Source: Hormiphora californensis (lineage: Eukaryota; Animalia; Ctenophora). From it: a DNA stretch of 64,000 nucleotides. The number at the start of each line of letters is the position of its first letter. Position 1 is the stretch's first letter. Where the stretch lies: NCBI GenBank assembly GCA_020137815.1, contig CM035356.1, positions 1-64,000 of the forward strand. Direction: 5' to 3'. Both the position numbers and the translations under genes were made by a program. Positions 24,301 through 34,200 of the stretch are shown in pieces. The notes beneath the pieces are model-generated. The model ran no database searches. It was not told where the DNA came from and saw only the letters and a list, made by a program, of their open reading frames with translations.

Positions 24301-27300
24301 GGACCGGAGGCGCAACCCTCCTGACCTCGACCTACGCGGGGAGGAGCACTTTCGAGGAGAATGGATTATGACGCATATTAACTGATTCCCTGGTGTGATG
24401 ACCCCGAGATGTTTTTGGATCTGTCGACGCGAGTATTGGAGAGCGTTAGCGTAAGGACGGTCATGTAGAGGGGTGACGCCGAGATGCACCAGGCCTCGGG
24501 TATCTCGATTGATGCGTACTACGGACAGTCGTGCGCGAGGGGGAGGTGGGAGGTGTGTGAGCTCGGAGGTCAAAATAACGACGCAACCGCAACCCTGAGG
24601 GGGATGGAGTTGTCCGGGGGGGAGAAGGCGACCGATGAGCCCCGTTAGGAGCACTTTTAGGATGCGAAAATACACGATCAAAGAGCCGATGCCCGGTGCG
24701 ACCTCCTCTGAGTAGAGATTGACTCTCGTTAGGGGTCGCCAATGATATCATGTCGATTGGCAAGAGACGGATATTTTGTTGTGTCTCGCCCGCTAGTGAG
24801 ACGAACCGCCTTATGGAGGCAGGCGCCCAATTCCGTCTGGAGACCTCGTGGCCGCTCGAACGGGGTGGTGTGGGAGGGGTCCTTCTTTAACCGATTAGCG
24901 CTGAGAGGACACCATTTAAAGTCACTCTTGCTATGGGCCTCATTTTTCTTATCTCTGTTCCCTCTTCCTTTTATTTTTTATTGGGTTATTGGAAACTCCT
25001 CCCAGTGTCATCAGACAGTCACCCACTTTCCCTATTTTTGTCATCGATTTAAATCTCACATATTTACTTTCTTTTTCTAGTTCCTAGCCTTTTCCCCTTC
25101 CCCCTTAACCTGTTTTCAGCATGCCTGGTACCTCCAGCAGACTCTCCATGCGGGCGGTGGACCTTCACACTATTATCTCCCTTTACCTTTCCTAGCCGGC
25201 GACCCTTCTTCAACTTCGGAGCGTGCAGTGGATGTTTGAGCAAGATGGTTTTGTTTAAGAACACTCTGTTAATTGGACTATTTATGACCCCTATATATAG
25301 CTAAACTCTAACTTGTTCTCTAGTTTTACCAGTAGATTGATTTAGTATATTAATTACACTTGGTGGCTTTTATAGATTTATCATAATTTGTTATCATGAC
25401 CTTTTTATAAACTTTGGCGTGTTGTGTGTGTGGGTGTGAGTGTGAAAGAGTGTGTATGTGTGTGTGTGGTGTGTGAGTGAGTTTGTGAGTTTGTAAGATG
25501 TATAACATTAGCAACCCTAAACTTAGTGTTTTGATCCATTTTTAACTTTAGAGCTTTAAGAAACTTTTTTTTATCTCTATTTAATTTATTACCTTTTGTA
25601 GTGGAGTATGAAATATTATTATTAAGTTATATTGGGTGCCACCTGTCATTTGTGGCGAGTATGTACGTTGGTGGAGCCCGTGGACGGTGATATTTAACGA
25701 TCCATTGACTTGTCACATACCTGTTCTAAATGTTTTCCCGATAAAAAGTGGCCAGAGAAGTGGGTCACCGCTACATGACACTCATGCCTATAACTGCCAA
25801 GTTTTCAAAAAAATTTTAACACCCACCACCCCCCACATATTTTGCACTTTAAAAGTGCCAAACTTAACGCAGCGTTAAATCCTGCTTCGATTATATTGGC
25901 TATGCAATCTATCTATGACGTAAGGGAGAGAAGTTATCGCAAAAAATTGTTGAAATCCCCCCCCCCCCCCCCCCGCTGTAATCTACTCATACCGTGAATC
26001 GTGGGAATCTCCTGCCGCTTGATAATGATCGACGGCTTCCTTAAAATGAGTTACAGCGTCCTCAAGATTATCATTTTCTATACTTATCTGACGAATAGTT
26101 TTAGAATTGCCCGATGGAACATGCACTTTTATCAAGGATACAACTTAAGGGTACACCTGGCGTTTTTCATCATCGAGTGCCCAACCAAATGACTTCACCA
26201 GGGTTTAGGCCATACAAAATGGACCTCAAATATGCAATTTAGCCCTAAAGTCGAATTCATATTTTTGCTACAGCCTATTTCAAATCGGCGTTTTTTTTCA
26301 ATTTTTGTTGAAATTTTTAACCTCAGGACCACTTTTTTTGAGATAGAACATTAAATTCTTGGAATTTGAAGGAATATGAAGGTAAATAAGCCCAAAGAAG
26401 GATTTTGAAATGGAGCTTATTTCGGCCATGAGAAACGGTTACTTTTTTGCGTCTTGACCCGCTGGCTGAGAAGTTCCCATGCTTCATTAGAGATGAAAAA
26501 TCGGAAATAGTGCCCAAAACGATTATCTATGTGGCCCAAAAAATTTTGGAACTTCCGCCAAAGATGTGGTGTACAGGCTTGTTTTGTGAAACCCCGTCTT
26601 TTTGAAAAAGAGGGAAATTCCCTGTATCTCAAAAACGGATGATCGTAGAGACCTGGGACCAAGCTTAACGATTCAGAAGGTCCGATTGGGGGGGTCTTCT
26701 GAGAGACATTTTGCTCTCTACTCCAACCGTTTTTGCTGTAATTGCAAAAAACCAAATTCTATGAAACAGGGGGATCAACTCTATTCCAGCAGCCTGCTTC
26801 GGGATGATTTCCCCCTTACTTGCTGATACTTTTTGCAATTACAGCAAAAAACGGTTGGAGTAGGAGTAAATGTCTCTAGAAGACCCCCCCAAAATCGGAC
26901 CTTCTGAATCGATTAAGCTTGGTCCCAGGTCTCTACGATCATCCGTTTTGAGATACAGGGAATTTCCCTCTTTTCAAAAAAGACGGGTTTCACAAAACAA
27001 GCCCTGTACACCACATCTTTGGCGGGAAAGTTCCAAATTTTTGGGCCACATAGATAATCGTTTTGGGCAACTATTTCCAGATTTCATCTCTAATGAAGCA
27101 TGGGAACATTCTCAGCCAGCGTGTCAAAGACGCAAAAAAGTAAAAACCGTTCTCATGGCCAGAAATAAGCTCCATTTCAAAAATCCTTCTTGGGCTTATT
27201 TACCTTCATATTCTCTTCAAATTCCAAGAATTTATGTTTCTATCTCAAAAAAAGTGGTCCTGAGGTTAAAAATTTCAACACAAAATGAAAAAACGCCGAT

Positions 27301-28773
27301 TGAAAATAGCTTGTAGCAAAATATGAATTCGACTTTAGAGGCTAAAATTGATATATTGGAGGTCCATTTTGTATGGCCTAAACCCTGGTGAAGTCATTTG
27401 GTTGGGCACTCGATGATGAAAAACGCCAGGTGTACCCTTAAATGTAGGGGCTACAAAAATACGGAAGTTACGGGTCCCAAAAAGTTCACAGTTACGAGTT
27501 CACAGCACCAAAGAGAAGGGGCAAGCCGAAAGACTGTACACTTTGTATTTTAGAGAGAATATTCTACAGTATGATCGGGAAAGTGTAGCCCGTTTATTAA
27601 ACTGTTCTGTCCAAACAACCAACTTACCTCACCAAGTTTTATTTTCACTTTAGCAAGTTTTTCCAGTGAGTTCGCTCTACTATAGATTACTCTAGATAAT
27701 TCAAGCACCTCCCATGCTATTTGAAGTGACGTTATCTCAGTATCATCATCATCATCATCATTATCATCATCATTATCCTCATCATCATCATCATCACAAT
27801 CATTTTTAGGACTATGTTTCCCTGAGCCAATAGCCGACGTCCCAGGAACTACTGCATTGTCAGTTGATAATGACGCTGTTTCTGACGGGTAGGGGTATAG
27901 TTATTTTTAAAAAAAAAATCTTATGTCAATGTGCCCCTGCACTGCCCCCGGATGGTCTACCCTCACTAATGCGAGGGCGCTGATCACTCTAGTGCCCTTG
28001 GTTTTTTCTCTACTCGTTTCCTAAGATGGTTTTTACTGTAAAACCATAAAACGGCTATGTGCGCATCTAATTATCTAATTAACCAGATGAGATAGAGACT
28101 TAATTCCAGCATCTACCCCACTAATGTGAGGACGCTGAACACTCTAGTGCCCTCGGGTTTTGCTCTACTCCTATTCTAAGGGTACTTATGGTTTTAGCCA
28201 CAGGCTGAAAGCACCCTGTAACCAATTAGGCCCAATTAAGTCAAGTTCTTCATCGCCGATTTTGAGACAAACTAAGGGGTGTTTCTAGGGACCCTATGGA
28301 GTACCCTAGAAGTGGAGGTACTACCCGCATCCTCCATATCCTTAAATCGATAGTGTTTACGCAGTGAATACAGAGCGAATGCAGAGTGAATGCAGAGCGA
28401 ATGCAGAGTGAATGCAGAGTGAATGCAGAGCGAATGCAGAGTGAATGCAGAGTGAATGCAGAGTGAATGCAGAGCGAATACGCAATCATTGGTAATATCC
28501 TACCAGAACTAGAATGTAAATACTAGAATGTAAATACGCAGTGATAAAAAAATTGGATATTGTTGCTACAACCCGAAAAAAAAGTGGTTTTGTCTCTCTC
28601 TCTCTCTCTCTCTCTCCCTCTCCCTCTCCTTCTCCCTCTCCCTCTCTATCTCTATCTCTATCTCTATCTCTATCTCCCTCTCCCTCTCTATCTCTATCTT
28701 ACTCTATCTCCCTCTCCTATCTTATCTCTATTCCCTACTCTAGAGAGAGAAGAGAGAGAAGAGAGAGAGACAG

Positions 28774-28813
<40 letters not shown>

Positions 28814-30308
28814 AGAGAGATGGGGAGAAGAGAGAGAGAGAAGAGAGGAGAGAGAGAGAGAGAGAGAAAACCACTTTTTTTCGGGTTGTAGCAACAATAT
28901 CCAATTTTTTATCACTGCGTATTTACGGCATTCTAGTTCTGGTAGGATATTACCAATGATTGCGTATTCGCTCTGCATTCACTGCGTATTCGCTCTGTAT
29001 TCACTGCGTATTCATCTTGTTTCACTGCGTAAACAGTTCTGGTAGGATATCCCCAATGATTGCGTATTCACTCTGCATTCACTGCGTATTCACTCTGGAA
29101 CCACTCTGCTTCACTCTGCATTCACTCTGCATTCACTCTGCATTCACTCTGCATTCGCTCTGCATTCACTCTGCATTCACTCTGCATTCGCTCTGCATTC
29201 ACTCTGCATTCGCTCTGTATTCACTGCGTAAACACTATCGATTTAAGGATATGGAGGATGCGGGTAGTACCGAAGTGGAATTAGCTTTAGAACGATTATG
29301 CCCGCCAACATTCTCATTTCTTACATGAAGGCGGGACAGACATTTCGGATGATTTATAAATCACTCAAACAGTATAGAACAAATCCTTATGTTTTAGTAG
29401 CACTAAATTGTGCGCCACATAGCGGAATTGTGCGCCACACATTTCCTGAAAACGTGTCAATGAAGTGGTTTATGAAGGAGCAGGTTGTTGTTGTGTGCAC
29501 GGCTCTAGTTGCTACATGTTGCCCCGCAACCTGAAACGGGACAAGAGAGCTGACTTGCTACACATAATCACTATATCCGTTTAGATTTCTAAACCCCCTA
29601 TGCCTTTTTTGCAAAAGGCATCCGGGTGAAAATTTCATCATATGATTACCGGACTATATAATATTGCAGGGAATGACTAGTTTGCCCTTACCAGTGTTCT
29701 CAGTAGCAAGGTTGCTACCCAACAGTTGTGATTCTTCCCGGGCCAGCTCAAGGAGAGCAGTAGCGTATTGGTAGTAGGGTTGTGCACATGCAACATGCAA
29801 TTCATCTTCATATTTAGCTGACGTCAGCCCACATAGCTCCTCACAAGCGTCCACTGTCGGAGAGTTTATTTAATTCAAAATATTATTATATTTTAAGCAA
29901 TGCAATCTGGAGCAAAACTGATTTAAATAATAATTGTAAGAAATTAGAAACCCGGCCCATGATATACAGTCGGACCCCGATTTAGTGGCATCCTCGGGGG
30001 AAAAAAATCCTGCCACTAAATCGGGGTGCCACTAAATCGGGGTCAAATAATGTTAATTTCCTATACCGGGGGAAAAAATCCTGCCACTAAATCGGGGTGC
30101 CAGTAAATCGGGGGCCACTGAATCGGGGTCCGACTGTAATTATTCTCACCCCTTAGCTGTACTAAAAATGCAATTTACCAGCGTTCCTGTGATCACCAAG
30201 GGCAAAGTTCCGGTTGATAAATTGCTGTAGTTTTTGTATTTTAGCATCGTTTATTACTCCTGCTTCCGTGAGGGAACTACAGTTTTGGAGATTCTCCGAA
30301 CTAACCAT
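12190..30308 (-). CDS. NASP: NASP (nuclear autoantigenic sperm protein), TPR/SHNi-TPR histone H3-H4 chaperone; 7 exons, ~403 aa: 30308-30179, 29853-29692, 27881-27628, 26087-25993, 18018-17895, 13916-13661, 12380-12190
   Basis: All introns are GT-AG and the phases join into one frame (1212 nt). Motifs match the NASP family: YYQYATALLELAREESQLLG (TPR1), an Asp-rich insert, LQIAWEVLELSRVIY...KLGEISIENDN (SHNi-TPR), AYYMMGLS...YSDAVGYFDKCIE (TPR4), SNISHLVRKK, and a basic C-terminal NLS. Confidence 0.92.
12619..13644. mobile_element. ~1.03-kb near-perfect foldback element in NASP intron 6
   Basis: Arms of ~490 bp around a CT-rich loop at ~13109-13141. Confidence 0.88.
13661..13916 (-). CDS. NASP: NASP exon 6 (GEERESLIEM...SNISHLVRKK...)
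   Basis: Acceptor TTTATTTCACAG, donor GTGAGT; ISHLVRKK motif. Confidence 0.9.
14005..14865. mobile_element. TTAA-specific (Kolobok-like) MITE with a related MITE nested at 14095-14480
   Basis: TIR AGTGAGAGTGGACCG. The inner TTAA TSD is confirmed by an empty paralogous site, TTCCCGCTTAAAATTGAC, at ~18121. Further copies at 16593-16925, ~18043-18250, 20146-20609 and ~30624-30950. Confidence 0.85.
14943..17084. mobile_element. Tc1/pogo-like MITE (TIR CAGTCGGACCCCGATTTA, TA TSD), triple nested: contains a related MITE at 15776-16975, which contains a TTAA MITE at 16593-16925
   Basis: TA TSD confirmed by the empty site TTTGACATATTTGGAGG at ~17541. Short copies at ~17735-17844, 29967-30136, 40473-40633, ~35436-35480 and ~50470-50553. 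Confidence 0.85.
17895..18018 (-). CDS. NASP: NASP exon 5 (NISSAYYMMGLS...INKEQ)
   Basis: CAG acceptor, GTATAA donor; TPR4-like sequence. Confidence 0.88.
19353..19919 (+). pseudogene. LINE ORF1 (L1-type RRM), N-terminus frameshifted
   Basis: Coiled coil, then RNTIILAELPE and IGIVHRNG, upstream of the ORF2 remnants. Confidence 0.8.
23738..25244 (-). mobile_element. GC-rich poly(A)-tailed retroposed insert of unknown family in the 3' end of the CR1/L2 LINE
   Basis: The minus strand ends AATAAATGGCTC(A)8; the LINE ORF2 breaks off at NSYFYRS and appears to resume near 25245. Confidence 0.6.
25993..26087 (-). CDS. NASP: NASP exon 4 (ISIENDNLEDAVTHFKEAV...)
   Basis: CAG acceptor, GTATGA donor; phase 0 in and phase 2 out fit both neighbours. 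Confidence 0.88.
26149..27437. mobile_element. ~1.29-kb foldback with TTAA TSD and GG termini (Kolobok-like) in NASP intron 3
   Basis: TTAA-GGGTACACCTGGCG...CGCCAGGTGTACCC-TTAA; arms ~600 bp. Confidence 0.85.
27628..27881 (-). CDS. NASP: NASP exon 3 (poly-Asp insert, LQIAWEVLELSR...KLGE)
   Basis: CAG acceptor, GTAAGT donor; (GAT)n acidic tract followed by the SHNi-TPR motif. Confidence 0.92.
28317..29271. mobile_element. Foldback MITE with GG...CC ends and 8-bp TSD (Merlin-like), 11-bp GAATGCAGAG(T/C) satellite in the arms, CT/GA core
   Basis: GAAGTGGA at 28309-28316 and 29272-29279; TIR GGTACTACCCGCATCC. Confidence 0.85.
29692..29853 (-). CDS. NASP: NASP exon 2 (DACEELC...LLELAREESQLLG)
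   Basis: CAG acceptor, GTAAGG donor; NASP TPR1 motif. Confidence 0.92.
30179..30308 (-). CDS. NASP: NASP exon 1 (MVSSENLQ...FALGDHRNA)
   Basis: ATG at 30308, donor GTAAAT; phase 1 joins exon 2 in frame. Confidence 0.8.
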
Positions 30309-31156
30309 AATATTGCTACTAGATACTATCTAGATGTAGATCTGTAGATAGGGCAAAGTTAAGTAATCACATCAAATATCGCCAACAAAAATTGTGCCAA
30401 TTATCCCGGATTATGTACATATTAGGTTGTCCCAGAAAGAATGTCGTGTACCAATTTTTAGGAGAAATACATGGGTTAGAGACTTCTAACCGGTTCTATC
30501 TTGTCAATCAGACGATTTCAGGAACGTGTCCAAAAATTCAAATGCTCATTTTATTCGTTCGTAATTCAGTATTTTGAAACCCAAAGTCGAGGTGCCGCTG
30601 AACAAAGGTTTTGCATATCTTAAAGTGAGAGTGGACAGAATCAGAATTGGACAAACTTTTTGGAGGTTGTAGAGATTAGTTCTATGAGCATTTTGCCTTT
30701 TTGCCGCTCAAAATCGACCCATCCATCACTGAGATATTTTTGTTACTCTCGGGGAATTCTTGTTTAATCAGTATGTAACAAACAGGATAGAAACAATCAT
30801 CGTGTTTTACTAACACATTCTGAATATAAGCAGTGAGGTTGACATGTCCATGCACAGAAGCAGAGCAATGCAATTCAGCATATTACATATTTTAAGAATT
30901 TGTTAGTAAAACACAAGGATTGTTTCTATCCTGTATGATAAATTTGATTCTAGTATTATTAAATAGTTATCCCTTCGTGGGTGCATAGCTGAGAATGAAA
31001 GATACGTTACATATATCCTTAGATGCCTTTTAGCAAAAGGCATCCGGGGAAGGCCTTCACCCGGGCGGGGCAAAAATTACAAGAGTAAAGTAAATCAACA
31101 ATGTTTCTTTTAAAACATATTCAAATAATTATATATGCTGCACCTTTATAATACAT

Positions 31157-31291
31157 TTAAATAATTATATGCTTTTTCTTTTGAATCTTATCTTGAGTCT
31201 TCTGTTTTTTCTCCTCAAATTGCTTAAACTTCTTCATTAATTTCTCTCGCAACTCTTTTTCCCGAACTTTCATCGCTTCTGCACTTTTCGC
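31157..31291 (-). CDS. AKAP17A: AKAP17A terminal exon (AKSAEAMKVREKELREKL...HIII*)
   Basis: TTTTTCAG acceptor; EKELRExL motif; TAA stop. Confidence 0.8.
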   Translation of the reverse strand, partial: AKSAEAMKVREKELREKLMKKFKQFEEKKQKTQDKIQKKKHIII

Positions 31292-34200
31292 CTGAAAAAT
31301 AGGATCAAAAATGTTATTTACATTATGTTATCGGATAAAACCTGGCTAATAAGCACAAAGGTGGCTTCAATTGAATACGTTAGAACTTTGCAACTACAAT
31401 TAGACATTTATTTATGGATCTTTTAATAATCTGTGCCGAATCCCTCTGTGCCGAATAGTCACTGATGGTCTAAAGCAGGGTTCGGGCATCCTGTGTACCG
31501 ACGATGTCCCTATACCCAATTCGTCGGTACACAGGTCACTGGACCAGGCCGACTCCACCTGATGGCTAGAAAAATGTTCCCAACAAGAATAACTGCATTA
31601 TGTTTCATAATGCTATGTTTCCCCGCCAACCTTTATTTTCATAACCATCTAATGTGAAGGAGGGACAGACATTTCCGATCATTTATGAATCACTCAAACC
31701 GTATAGAACAAATCTTTGTGTTTTAGTAGCACTAAATTACGTGCCACATTGCGCGGCTCACATTTCCTGAAAACGTGCCATTGAAGTATTTGATGAAGGA
31801 GCAACACTGTTGTCCCTCGCAACTGAGTGGGTTACGTTACAAAAAAAGCGTGACACTTCATTAGTATGTAAAACTAGCGCACCCATTGGGTGCGCCTCAA
31901 ATAAGGGGTGTTCACAAACCATTATGTATTCCCACATTTGATGGTTGCCATGGCAACTAAATCGGTAACTATGGAGACTGAATTTCTAAATTATGTTCCG
32001 AAATAATCACCAACTGTGCCAGCAGAGTTTAAACATCTGCTCCCAAGTAGAAGGCCGGCTGTTTAACGTACACATTTCGTTGCCCGGCTTTGAGTTTTCC
32101 ATCATAGTTCCATTCGACACTCCCATAATAATGGGTGTGGAAAGTCATGTGAGTACAGAGCTGATGCTTATGAGAAATGTGACACTAACAGTGGTTCTGA
32201 TGAGGTTGGCTATTTAAGTGAAATGTGGTCAGATCAGCAGGAGAACAGCAGAAGACCCAAAACAACTGTTCAAACTTGAAACTGTGTTCATGGCAACAGG
32301 ATCTTAATGACGTGACTGTGCTGTCATGTCAGGAACACGCAGAGGGGATGTTGTGTCAAAAGCCATCAACGAATTAAGCCAGTCTGTGCGCGCGATTTCC
32401 ATGTTCTGAATTACGAAAAATCTCTGGAACAGCTGCACCACTGCAGCACGTCATTGCAAGTTTTTATAAAGGAGCAGTCTGTCGCTTAGATACCGCTGAG
32501 CGAACGGCTTCGACTTCGACGTTCATCTCCAAATTATAATAGAGACTAGCGCACCCATTGGGTGCGCCTCAAGTAAGGGCTTTTTGATTACCCACCCGGC
32601 TTCGCCGGGAGTTTTTTTCGCCGCTCTCAATGTCAATAACACGGTTGCCATGGCAACTGAATTGGTAACTATGAGGACTGGCAAGTTAAAAGTCATTCGA
32701 AAATATTAACAAACTTCCAAAAGTTCCAAAAGTGTGAATAGCAGCTTTACAGCTTTGTGCCTATAAAGCGTTTTATGAAGGAGCAGTCTGTCGCTTAGAT
32801 ACCGCTGAACGAACGACTTCGACTTCGACGTTCATCTCCAAATTATAATAGAGATTGTCGAATTCTAAACCCCTATGCCTTTTTACAAAAGGCATCCGGG
32901 TGAATGCCTTCGGCATTCACCGGGTGGGAAAAAAATTAGCGTTAGCAAATAGCAGGGTTGTTTGGCTTCCGGTACGAAGGCACATCCTTTTAACTTACAA
33001 TTAATGACGAATATATTAATTTAAACATACCTGATCTTCTTGGACCATTTTAATCTCATCCTCTTGCCGCTTCTTTTCTTCGCTGTACCGTTTCATTACA
33101 TCCTGTCTTTGTTCCATCAGTCTCTCTCGCTCCATAGTTGCCACTTTTAAAAGAACTCCCTTTAAAAGCTGTGCTGCGACCTGAAAAGTTGAAAAATTTT
33201 TAAAGGTTTAGTTAACAAGATCTACAACACTTTTCTGTTTTCTGTCTTATGGTATTTCCAATTTTTGCACATGTGTACAATGTACATAGCCGAATTTCAG
33301 CGACAGTTTGATTAGACTCTAAATAAATAATAAATAGTAAAAATAAGTAGTAAAAAATTGTTAAGTTTCTTAGTGGTTTCTGAAATTTAGAGATAGACTG
33401 CTAGGAATACACACTACCGATAACTCCCGGCTAGAAATTGATCAGGGTCACCATTGGGCCCAGCCTCGGTGGCACCAAAATGATCAGCGACATCGAGTTT
33501 GGTCGGTTACGAGCCAAAATAAAGTTTGTATTTTATCGTGTTTGGGAGTTAATTGAATAATCAGTAAAGTTGACTAACTATCCAATTAACTCTCTAATGA
33601 CAAAAAATAGAAAGTTTATTTTGGTACCTACCCCCATTAAATTGATAACTCTGATCATTTTAGTGCACTTGATTCATTTTTAGTTAAAGTTAACTAATTA
33701 TCCATACCAATTAACTCATTAACACAATAAGAAAATTAAGTTTCTCCCCGCCCTGGTCACTGGTGCTCATTGGAAAGATAATTTCGAGCCAAAGAAAAGT
33801 TGTTTACTCAAGGTAAACAATATTACAGGATTCATGAATGAATGAAAGGAATGTTCATTCATGAAAAATGAACTTTTGAAATTTAAATGTAAAACAAAGC
33901 AATCAGTTAGGAAGGAATTAATCCAGCACACTGCCGTAGTTTGTTTTTACACAACTATCACCGTTTTATCGTGACAGCTCGCAAACCGACCCGGAGAATA
34001 TATGGGACACCCTGTATGTGGTGCACAGTGCCACAATGTGGTGCACTATTTAGCACTACTAAAACACAAGGATTTGTGAAAGGAATAACGAACCTGCTTA
34101 CATTCATCCTCCAGGGTCTCTACCTCCTTCATTTCACCTTCATTATTCTTGTTTTGGCTCTTCTTCTCAGTCGTATTATCTTTTTGTCGTTTGTCCTCTT

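Larger units (their letters stand above)
18800..25625 (+). mobile_element. Near full-length CR1/L2-group LINE in NASP intron 4, antisense to the gene; frameshifted; ends approximate
   Basis: ORF1 remnant 19116-19919 (coiled coil + RNTIILAELPE...HRNG RRM). ORF2 remnants 20730-23745 with EN (YNNVQGL, LNESWL, GDFNF, LDL, SDH) and RT (QHGF, PLLFVLFIND, YADD, RDLGV, NSYFYR) motifs spread over shifting frames. Confidence 0.88.

Noticed and set aside
24241-25080. ORFs in the GC-rich insert as real genes
   Set aside because: No domain motifs; ORFs of this length are expected at this GC content.
28541-28978. SL/ER-rich ORFs here and at 39276, 41861, 43276 and 61565
   Set aside because: They are translations of (CT)n/(GA)n microsatellites.
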